From Macrostomum lignano (Eukaryota), in contig NIVC01001954.1 of assembly GCA_002269645.1 (NCBI GenBank), positions 124,001 to 188,000 of the forward strand: a stretch of 64,000 nt of DNA. The letters are read 5' to 3'. The number at the start of each line of letters is the position of its first letter. Position 1 is the stretch's first letter. Below, one piece after another: positions 14,301 to 23,759 of the stretch. A program made the position numbers and the translations under genes. The notes below the pieces were generated by a model that had not been told where the DNA came from, made no database searches, and was given only the letters and a program-made list of their open reading frames with translations.

Positions 14301-15886
14301 AGGTCAGTGAGGCACGGGTCAGGTCAGTCAGGACACGGGTCAGGTCAGGTTGACATGGTTCAGGTCAGATCAAGTCTCTCCTTATCGCCCATCCCGCAGC
14401 TACTCGCCAGTGGTGCCCCTAGCGGTGGTGAACGGAGCCGAAGGCATCGGCACCGGCTGGAACACCAGCATTCCCAACCATTCCTTAGCCGACGTGATGG
14501 CGAACCTGCGCCACATGCTTCGCGAGGGCGGCACAGCGGAGCCCCTGCCTATGCTGCCGGCATTTCGCGGTCACACCGGCCGCATCGTTGCCATGCCCGA
14601 CGGTCGCCGGTTCGTTTCCTACGGCCGGCTATTAGCCTACGCTAATACGGGTATATTCGAAATCACCGAACTGCCTGTTCGAGTCTGGAGCGAGCCGTAC
14701 GGCTGCAGCCTGGCCAGCCTGGCCGAGTCTGTCAATAACTACTGCTCGGATTGGCGAGTTCGATTTCTAGTTAAACTGGACCCGTCTCAGCTGGCCAGGG
14801 CTAACCGGATGGGACTGTACCGGTACTTCCGGTTGAGTAGCCGGTTCAGCACCGGATCCATGGTGCTGGCAGATAGCGGAGACAGGATGTGCAGGTCAGT
14901 GCCACGGGCCGATGGGGATGGCACAAAGAGATTAGTGCAATTAGCTAATGGATTTTCTGACTGTCGGCTGGCAACTGTCGGCTGGCAACTGTCGGCTGGC
15001 AACTGTTGGCTGGCAACTGTTAGCTGGCAACTGTCGGCTGGCAAATGTTGACTGGCAAATGTCGGCTGGCAACTGTCGACTGGCAAATATCGGCTGGCAA
15101 CTGTCGGCTGGCAACTGTCGGCTGGCAACTATTAGCTGGCAAATGTTAGCTGGCAACTGTCGGCTGGTAAATGTTGACTGGCAAATGTCGGCTGGAAACT
15201 GTCGACTGGCAATATCGGCTGGCAACTGTCGGCTGGCAACTCTTGGCTGGCAACTCTTGGCTGGCAACTGTCGGCTGGCAACTGTCAGCTGGCAACTGTT
15301 TGCCGCTGAGCTGATTTGCGATCCATTGTTTCTTTGAACATTCCTCAACTTCCCGATCCCCGCCAGGTACCAGACGGTCAGCGACATCATGCGCGACTAC
15401 TTCGACCACCGGCTGGACATGTACAGGCGCCGACTCGATTATCAACGCGCCGAACTCGACGCTTTAGTCCGGTTGCTAAGCAACCAAGCTCGATTCGCTT
15501 TAGACGTAGCCGAAGGTCGATTAAACCTGTCCGGATTTACCGGCCGGTCGGACACAAACCGGCGATTGTCGGCCGCCGGGTTCGAGCCCGATCCTGTCCG
15601 GGCCGCCGCGATTCGAAATGCCGACGATTTCAACGGCGGCGACGAATTCGACTATCTGCTCCGGATGCCCGTGTGGTCGCTGACTCTGGAGCGTCGGCAG
15701 CGTCTGCTGCAGGATCGAGATGAAGCCGCCGGCCGGCTGCGCCAATTGGCCGAGCTGACCCCGGCCAGGGCCTGGCTAGAAGATCTGAACGCTTTGGAGT
15801 CGCGGGCAGCCGCCTGCGCCAAGGAGGAGACCAAGCAGCTGGGCGGCGGCGGCAACGGGGAGGATGGCTGCGAGACCGAGGTTTGA
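5321..15886 (+). CDS. TOP2: Divergent eukaryotic type IIA DNA topoisomerase (Top2 paralog), ~1276 aa, no C-terminal tail, putative N-terminal mitochondrial presequence
   Basis: Exons 5321-5358, 5572-5725, 6118-6645, 7141-7653, 9508-10077, 11136-11629, 12448-12966, 14400-14894, 15367-15886; all GT-AG, phases consistent, 3831 nt in total. Motifs: SVEQVYQ|LKSPTEHMLLRPDAYIGS, DEIIVNAADN, NNGRG, GGRNGFGAKL (GHKL ATPase), FESQAK, TEGDSAK, QGKLINARE, DQDTDG (TOPRIM), YYKGLG, DGLKPSQRK, GQFGSRLLGGKDAAAARYI (catalytic Tyr), NGAEGIGTGW. Exons 3-9 are high confidence; exons 1-2 are lower (exon 1 about 0.55). Confidence 0.92.
5815..6070. repeat. Degenerate (CTGT)n/CTTAGTGT microsatellite, Top2 intron 2
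   Basis: Visible tandem CTGT/GTCT. Confidence 0.85.
6700..7072. repeat. 34-bp minisatellite, Top2 intron 3
   Basis: Unit TTGCTGATAACTGGGTGAGAGTTTGTGTTTATT(T/G). Confidence 0.85.
7710..9312. repeat. ~25-30-bp minisatellite, Top2 intron 4
   Basis: Unit CCCCTGGGATTCCTGTCCATTTTATT with a variable C-run. Confidence 0.95.
10192..11002. repeat. 22-bp minisatellite, Top2 intron 5
   Basis: Unit CCATGGGATCTGTGTCCTTTAT. Confidence 0.95.
11778..12372. repeat. 20-bp minisatellite, Top2 intron 6
   Basis: Unit TTTTCCTAGAAATCCCAGTA. Confidence 0.95.
13062..14368. repeat. 21-bp minisatellite, Top2 intron 7
   Basis: Unit GATACAGGGTCAGGTCATATT, decaying to GGTCA repeats at the 3' end. Confidence 0.95.
14962..15300. 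repeat. 14-bp minisatellite, Top2 intron 8
   Basis: Unit GGCTGGCAACTGTC / GGCTGGCAAATGTC. Confidence 0.92.
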
Positions 15887-15903
15887 GCTGGGACTGACTG
15901 GAG

Positions 15904-16160
15904 ATGGGGTGGGGGATGGGTTGGGGTAGGGGATGGGTTTGGGTAGGTGGATGGGTTGGGGAAGGGGTGGGTTGGGGTAGGGAGATGGGTTGGGGAAGGG
16001 TGGGTTGGGGAAGGGAGATGGGTTGGGGAAGGGGGATGGGTTGGGGTAGGGGTGGGTTGGGGAAGGGGTGGGTTGGGGAAGGGGTGGGTTGGGGTATGGG
16101 GATGGGTTGGGGAAGGGGTGGGTTGGGGTAGGGGTGGGTTGGGGTAGGGGATGGGTTGGG
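15904..16160 (+). repeat. G-rich repeat just after the Top2 stop codon (G-quadruplex potential)
   Basis: Tandem GGGTTGGGG(A/T)AGGGG(A/T)T-like units. Confidence 0.85.
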
Positions 16161-16824
16161 GCAGCAAGGTAATGCACCAGTATTGTTAGCAGTATCAGTA
16201 AATGACGAACTCCCTCTCTCTCTCTCTCTCTCTCTGGCCACCAACTGCAGCAGCAGTCCGACCATCGGCCAGGCCACGGCCAGGCAGTCATCAGGCCACC
16301 GGCGGGGCTCATGCCCACCGTTGTGTCACCGCCCTGCGATCTCGTTAGCGACGGTTTTTAACGACAAAATTGAAATTTAAAAGTCTTGTGATTAACAGTT
16401 CAGATTAAAATACGAGTAAAAATCGTTTTTTAAGCTTGAAAAGTTAGTTATTTTATTGACTGCATTTTCAGTGTTCGCTTATGAAAGTGTAGACGCAATT
16501 GTATTTGAAAAAGGTTTATAATGGATGCTTCCTCCTGTGTTTTGGATGTCTATTTTGCGAAGCACAAAAAGGATTGAATTTAACTGCTTTTTCAAGAAAT
16601 TGCATTTCTACTTGCATGTATTTTCTACTGATTATACCTGGACTTGTAATTTTTATATATCAAGTATAAAGTTGACTACTTTTTGTAACTACGAGTATGT
16701 TGTTTTCTGATCTTCTATTAGCCTGATAGGTAATGTATTCCTAAGAATAGCTAGAATAGAATAGCTAGCTGGTCTCTGATTGCTCGGGATAGAAAAATTG
16801 GGGGAGGCTTCACAAGCGAAAAAT

Positions 16825-17245
16825 TGTATCCAGCTCGTCCCTGATTGGTCCGGATAAAAATAGGAGTAGCCAGCTCGACTCTGATTGGCTGGAACAAAAA
16901 GAATAACCAGCTCGTCTCTGATTGGCTGGAATAAAAAAAGAATAACCAGCTCGTCTTTTATTGGCTGGGATAGAAAAAAAGAGTAACCAGCTCGACTCTT
17001 ATTGGCTGGTATGCAAAAAAGAGTAACCAGCTCGACTATGATTGGTTGGGATAGAAACAGAATAACCAGCTCGTCTCTGACTGTTCCAGTTAGAAAAAAG
17101 ATATAATTTCTTTTCATTGAATTAGAATTTGCCTCTATAAATTTACATTCATGCGGCTAGTATTAACACTTTGATTCTAGCGGCCAGCGATAAAGAGAGC
17201 AAACTGGGATAAATCTCCCTCCTCCTTATAAACCAACCAATCTCT
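16825..17245 (+). promoter_or_regulatory. Putative CTDSPL2 promoter: tandem array of reverse CCAAT boxes plus a TATA-like element
   Basis: About 7 units of 38-40 bp (AACCAGCTCGTCTCTGATTGGCTGG + A-tract), six carrying ATTGG, followed by TATAAA at 17227-17232 and CCAAT near 17237, about 55 nt before the predicted ATG at 17287. Confidence 0.45.
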
Positions 17246-17286
17246 GGAACGTTGGTTCCGCCGTGCAGCCCAGACCAGATCAAAGA

Positions 17287-19347
17287 ATGCTCGGACACGC
17301 AAGGCTGCACAGGATCCAGACTGCTCCGGCCAGGGTTTGCGGCGGCGGCGGCGGTGCCTCCTTCATCACTTCAGCCGCTCAACAGCAGCAGCAGCATCAG
17401 CAGCAGCACCGCCTTCGTCGGATTCGCCGTCCGCCGCCTCAACAGGTTGGCGTTTCATCCTCGCCGTCGTGCGCCGCCAAAGCTGCTGGCACGCCGAAGC
17501 GGACCAGAACTCACCTGCACGGCCGGCTGTTCTCGCCGGCATTCGAAGATCCGACGCCAGCTGCTGTTGACGCGGCTGGCAACGATGACAATAATAATTC
17601 TGGCAGCAGGAAGCAGCAGCTGGCGGCGGAGCGGACAACCAAGCAGCGGCGTCGTGGACGAAACCCGGCTCGCCTGCTGTCCCGGCGTCGCTGCCTCGTG
17701 CATCATTCGGTCGATTTGGCTTCCTTAGCAACAGCCGCTAACATTACTGCGCCAGCACCGGCCGACAAGGAGCTGCCGGCGCCCGACAGCGGCGAATCCT
17801 CGGACGATGGCGGCTCCGAGGAGGAGGCCGAAGAGGAAGAGATTGAAGCCACGGCCGTCGGTGCCAACGACGGAGCCGGCGACGGCGCCGCGCCAATTGC
17901 GGAGCCGACTCAGCCGCCAGTCACTGACGAAAACGCCATGGCTTGTAAAAATCCTCTAGCTAGCAGTGAGCATGAGCAGCTGCTGGCTAGGAAGTACACC
18001 GATCCGGAGGAGTACAGATATTGTGCCGGCACCGCCACTGAGGACTACTTGGATCCGTGAGTGCCCTCAGTTCACCTTGTCTGATCTTCTAGAGACTCGA
18101 CAGGTTTCACTTGCTCTGACTAAACCTGCACATTCCCTGACTAAACCTGCACATTCCCTGACTAAACCTGCACATTCCCTGACTAAACCTGCACATTCCC
18201 TGACTAAACCTGCGCATTCCCTGACTAAACCTGCACATTCCCTAACTAAACCTGCACATTCCCTAACTAAACCTGCACATTCCGTAATCAAACCTGCACA
18301 TTCCCTAATCAAACCTGCACATTTCTTAATCAAACCTACACATTCCCTAATCAAACCTACACATTCCCTAATCAAACCTGCACATTCTGTTTATTTGTGC
18401 AGGTATTTATTTTATCTATGAATTACCCACCACTAAACCAGTGCACCAAGTTCAGAGAACAGGCCCTTTTAATCAACTTACTTTTATACGTTTCATGTAC
18501 AGTGTAGCATTTTAAAATAAATTTTCAGGTTCAGCTTCATCCGCAGCCTCCCGCCGGCGCCGCCGGCCAGCCCCCAGCGCATCCCGGTGCTGCCGAAAAA
18601 GACCCGCCGGACTCCGCGATGCACCCTGGTGCTGGACTTGGATGAGACGCTGGTGCACTCCAGCGTGGACAACTTCCTGCACGGCGCCGATCTCACCTTC
18701 CCTGTCTCATTCGAGTTTGTTGAGTACAAGGTGCACGTGAAGCTGAGGCCCGGCTTTCATGAATTCCTGCACCGAGTCTCCCAGCTGTTCGAGGTGGTGC
18801 TGTTCACTGCCAGCATCCGTGACTATGCGGACGCCCTGCTGGACATCCTGGACCCGGAGAAGCGCTTCATCAGGTGCAGCTGGGCTGTCTGTCTGTCTGC
18901 GTGTCTGTCTGTCTGTCTGTCTGTCTGCCTGCCTTCCTGTCTGTCTGTCTGCCTGTCTGTCTGTCTTTCTGTCTGTCTGTCTGTCTGCCTGCCTGTCTGT
19001 CTGTCTGTCTGCGTGTCTGTCTGTCTGCGTGTCTGTCTGTCTGTCTGCCTGCCTGTCTGTCTGCCTGTCTGTCTGCCTGTCTGTCTGCCTGTCTGTCTGC
19101 CTGCCTGTCTGTCTGTCTGTCTACCTGTCTTAGTGTCTGTCTGTCTGTCTGTCTTAGTGTCTGTCTGTCTATCTTAGTGTCTATCTGTCTGTCTTAGTGT
19201 CTGTCTGTCTGTCTGTCTGTCTGTCTTAGTGTCTGTCTGTCTGTCTTTCTGTTTGTCTTAGTGTCTGTCTGTCTGTCTGTCTTAGTGTCTATCTGTCTGT
19301 CTTAGTGTCTGTCTTAGTGTCTGTCTGTCTGTCTGTCTGTCTGTCTT

Positions 19348-19382
<35 letters not shown>

Positions 19383-19383
19383 T

Positions 19384-19440
<57 letters not shown>

Positions 19441-19903
19441 ATGTCTGTCTGTCTGTCTCAGGCCCTCACTCAGTCCCTTCATCGCTAATCTCGCGCCGCA
19501 GGCACCGGCTTTTCCGCGAGCACTGCGTGTCAGTCCAGGGCAACTACATCAAAGACCTGAGCATCCTGGACCGGGACATGTCCGCCACAGTGATCGTGGA
19601 CAATTCGCCTCAGGCGTTCGCTTATCAGCTCAGCAACGGCATCCCCATCTCGTCGTGGTACACAGACTCTGAGGATCGGGAGCTCTTCAAGTTGCTACCC
19701 TTCCTCGAGTTCATTGCTAGTCAGGTGGGTTGTTAGTAGATGTTAACTACAAAACATATCGGAATATAGCTAACCTAACAAGCGTATTTCCCTTATCCTG
19801 GCCCGCGCAGGACACAGACGTGCGCACTGTGATCAGCCAGAAGTTTCGCCTACACGAGCGGGTATCGGCCGCCCCGGCCCTGCAACCGCTGGAGCTGTGG
19901 TGA
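17287..19903 (+). CDS. CTDSPL2: CTD small phosphatase-like 2 (SCP4; FCP/SCP HAD family), ~476 aa
   Basis: Exons 17287-18056, 18529-18873, 19502-19724, 19811-19903, phases consistent (1431 nt). Motifs LFSPAF, DP|[28 protein letters not shown] (DxDxT), KLRPG, VLFTAS, R|[37 protein letters not shown]. The start codon is inferred. Confidence 0.93.
18113..18387. repeat. 21-bp minisatellite, CTDSPL2 intron 1
   Basis: Unit CTAAACCTGCACATTCCCTGA. Confidence 0.92.
18885..19460. repeat. (CTGT)n microsatellite, CTDSPL2 intron 2
   Basis: Visible tandem CTGT. Confidence 0.95.
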
Positions 19904-20139
19904 CCCCCCCGTGCTGGCGAGTTTTTATATAGGCTTTTAGTTTAATTTGTGTAATTTCTCATTATCATTATTTAGCTGTTGCCAGGTTATTGCAGCTAGT
20001 TTCAATTATCCATTATTAATGCACTAATATCATATTTACTGACACCAATTTTTTGTTAGCGAGCCTCATTTGCTTAGCTATAGTGAGTCTTTGTTCTTTG
20101 AACGACGTTGTAGAATGTCCTGTAAATTGTTCTGTGTGA

Positions 20140-21192
20140 TGCTGTAGACAGTTCTGTATGCTGCTGTAGACAGTTCTGTAGGCTGCTGTAGACAGTTCTG
20201 TATGATACTGTAGACAGTTCTGTAGGCTGCTGTAGACAGTTCTGTATGCTACTGTAGACAGTTCTGTATGATGCTGTAGACAGTTCTGTATGATGCTGTA
20301 GACAGTTCTGTATGCTACTGTAGACAGTTCTGTATGCTACTGTAGACAGTTCTGTATGCTACTGTAGACAGTTCTGTATGCTACTGTAGACAGTTCTGTA
20401 TGATGCTGTAGACAGTTCTGTATGATGCTGTAGACAGTTCTGTATGATGCTGTAGACAGTTCTGTATGATGCTGTAGACAGTTCTGTATGATGCTGTAGA
20501 CAGTTCTGTATGATGCTGTAGACAGTTCTGTATGCTACTGTAGACAGTTCTGTATGCTGCTGTAGACAGTTCTGTATGCTACTGTAGACAGTTCTGTATG
20601 CTACTGTAGACAGTTCTGTATGATGCTGTAGACAGTTCTGTATGCTACTGTAGACAGTTCTGTAGGCTGCTGTAGACAGTTCTGTATGCTACTGTAGACA
20701 GTTCTGTATGATGCTGTAGACAGTTCTGTATGATGCTGTAGACAGTTCTGTATGCTACTGTAGACAGTTCTGTATGCTACTGTAGACAGTTCTGTATGCT
20801 ACTGTAGACAGTTCTGTATGCTACTGTAGACAGTTCTGTATGATGCTGTAGACAGTTCTGTATGATGCTGTAGACAGTTCTGTATGATGCTGTAGACAGT
20901 TCTGTATGATGCTGTAGACAGTTCTGTATGCTACTGTAGACAGTTCTGTATGCTACTGTAGACAGTTCTGTATGCTGCTGTAGACAGTTCTGTATGCTAC
21001 TGTAGACAGTTCTGTATGCTACTGTAGACAGTTCTGTATGCTGCTGTAGACAGTTCTGTATGCTACTGTAGACAGTTCTGTATGCTACTGTAGACAGTTC
21101 TGTATGCTGCTGTAGACAGTTCTGTATGCTGCTGTAGACAGTTCTGTATGCTACTGTAGACAGTTCTGTATGATGCTGTAGACAGTTATGTA
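20140..21192. repeat. 22-bp minisatellite downstream of CTDSPL2
   Basis: Unit CTGTAGACAGTTCTGTATGATG (variants GCTA/GCTG). Confidence 0.95.
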
Positions 21193-22099
21193 TGCTCGAT
21201 GTGGCTCTGTATTTGTTGTCGATGCTATCAAAACTTCGCTTATATTAGTTCCTAAGGGGGGTATATATTTTATCTGGCATTACCCCGATTGCACAAATGC
21301 CTGTTTAGCACCTGGAACTGTGTGTAAAATCTGTGATTAACCCGCATACAATTGAAACCTTCCATTGAACTAATCTCTAGTAGACGCGGCATTACTGCTT
21401 TGTTTTTCTCCCATGTACAGTGCCAGTGGTTTCAGTAGGCAGGTTAAAGTTTTATGATAAAATGCGTTAATACTACTAAGATTATTGCTTTGCACATGTT
21501 GCGATAAAAAACTCTGCTTTTAAAGTAAGTAGTATAACATTTCCAGTGCGCAATTTTAACTCGTATTCAATTTTTTATTCTGTACGTCTCCATTTTGTTT
21601 TGAATTTGAATTTCAGCAGCAGAAGCAGTATTTTTCCTTATTTATTTCTGCTGTGCGCAAATCTGTGAATTTCGGGCATTGGTCTGAATTTTTATTGCTT
21701 ATACAAATCTGTACATGTGATTGTTTTCACTTTGTCAATCTCTCGCTTTAACTTGCTGCTGTTTTCCCCTTACTATTATTCTAATCTCTCTTGTGTGCTG
21801 CTGAACATTAATTAGTTTTATCGATTATTTGTTGATTGCTTTTATCTGCAGGTTGGCCAAAACTGGAAATTGTTATGGCTTGTGTGTGTGTGTCGCTTCT
21901 TTATTGCAAAAAAGTTGTAGCTAAGCACATCTTTGTTTTCTCTTCTCTACTTATCACGTTTTTGCTCTCAGTTTTCTCCTAGTGCGCGCAGCTATCTTTG
22001 TTTTGTACTGGTATGGCTGTGCGATTGCTTTATTTTGCTTGCGTTCTATGCGCCATGTACTCCGCGGCAGTGTGGGCAGACGGCATGTGACTGCGGCAG

Positions 22100-22995
22100 G
22101 GGTTGCAGCCTGTGACAGCAGGGGTTGCAGGGTGAGAAAGAGCAGGGGTTGCCAGGGGCGTAGCCAGGAATTTCCTACGGGGGGGGATACACCAAGGTGA
22201 ATTTCCTACGGGGGGGGATACACCAAGGTAAAAGTGCTCACATGGTAGCATGTATAGCGAAAAAGTGCAACAAAAAAGTTTTGGTCAGGCTCTTCGGGGG
22301 GGGATACATCCCCCCTGATCCCCCCCCTCCCTACGCCACTGGGGGTTGCAGGGTGAGAGAGAGCAGTGGCTGCAGGGTGAGAGAGAGAGAGAGCAGGGGT
22401 TGCAGGGTGAGAGAGAGCAGGGGCTGCAGGGTGAGAGAGAGCAGTGGCTGCAGGGTGAGAGAGAGAGAGCAGGGGTTGCAGGGTGAGAGAGAGCAGGGGC
22501 TGCAGGGTGAGAGAGAGCAGTGGCTGCAGGGTGAGAGAGAGCAGTGGCTGCAGGGTGAGAGAGAGCAGGGGCTGCAGGGTGAGAGAGAGCAGTGGCTGCA
22601 GGGTGAGAGAGAGAGAGCAGGGGTTGCAGGGTGAGAGAGAGCAGGGGCTGCAGGGTGAGAGAGAGCAGTGGCTGCAGGGTGAGAGAGAGCAGTGGCTGCA
22701 GGGTGAGAGAGAGAGAGCAGTGGCTGCAGGGTGAGAGAGAGCAGTGGCTGCAGGGTGAGAGAGAGCAGTGGCTGCAGGGTGAGAGAGAGCAGTGGCTGCA
22801 GGGTGAGAGAGAGCAGTGGCTGCAGGGTGAGAGAGAGCAGTGGCTGCAGGGTGAGAGAGAGCAGTGGCTGCAGGGTGAGAGAGAGCGCAGTGGCTGCAGG
22901 GTGAGAGAGTGCAGTGGCTGCAGGGTGAGAGAGAGCAGTGGCTGCAGGGTGAGAGAGAGCAGTGGCTGCAGGGTGAGAGAGAGCAGAGGCGTGAG
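22100..22995. repeat. 24-bp minisatellite interrupted by a hAT MITE
   Basis: Unit GCAGGGTGAGAGAGAGCAGTGGCT. Confidence 0.92.
22153..22341. mobile_element. hAT-superfamily MITE (189 bp) inserted in a minisatellite
   Basis: TIRs CAGGGGCGTAG / revcomp CAGTGGCGTAG; perfect 8-bp TSD GGGGTTGC at 22145-22152 and 22342-22349; internal ~31-bp tandem duplication. Confidence 0.9.
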
Positions 22996-23759
22996 AGCAC
23001 ACAGTTCTACTACTTAGTAAACCGCCGCAGTGTGTCAAGTGCTTAAGTACGCAAATTCCATACGCCGCTGTACAATAGCTAAACCAGATTGGTGAATAGA
23101 ACAGATTTCCCCATTCGATTAGCTTTGAAATGCTTTAATTTTTTCGATACTAACAGTGCCTGCTGTTCTCAATGTTCATGTAGTTACTGCGAGTAGCCAC
23201 GCGTTAACTTTTTTAATCCTTAAATCGCACCGGCCTTTACTGTGCCTTCGCTGTCAACCCACCACCTCCTCCGCTTCCTCCTGATTGGCTGGCAGCTCAG
23301 GGGCCAATGAGAGAGCTGTTTGTAATCTCTGTCCCGCCGTCTCTGTAATCCGTGCAGCTATTTGCGAATCAATTTTATTTTTTAACCCCATCGCGGCTTC
23401 TAAAGTTGTTTAAAAAGAAGTGAAACTGAAATTTTGCTAACTTTCTTTACTATCTATATCCATATGAATATCGCTTATTTATTTCGATTGCGAAGGCCTT
23501 TAAAAACGTGAAAAAATGTTATAATCTTTTTTATAATTTAAATTAATAAATTGCTACAATTAACCAACAGAGCGCGCGCTTCTCTGTTTATGTTGATATT
23601 GCAAAAAAATTCAGGTGGCCTAATTTTTATGATGAGAATTTTCTCCGTTAAAGCAGAGCTCGTTTGTAATTTGCTATGGGGCGTCGGAGCATCGAGATTC
23701 TGTGAAAATGAGCAAAACATGAAAATATTTATGTGCGGTGATGTGAATATAATTTGTGC

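Noticed and set aside
15588-15600. GGGTTCGAGCCC, tRNA T-loop / B-box-like
   Set aside because: Inside Top2 coding sequence, with no cloverleaf or A-box.
15904-16160. TTGGGG motifs as an interstitial telomere
   Set aside because: Units are irregular and not a TTAGGG or pure TTGGGG array.
18403-18450. Candidate extra CTDSPL2 exon after TGCAG at 18402
   Set aside because: In the required phase it reaches TGA after five codons; the 18529 acceptor restores the conserved DPFSFI motif.
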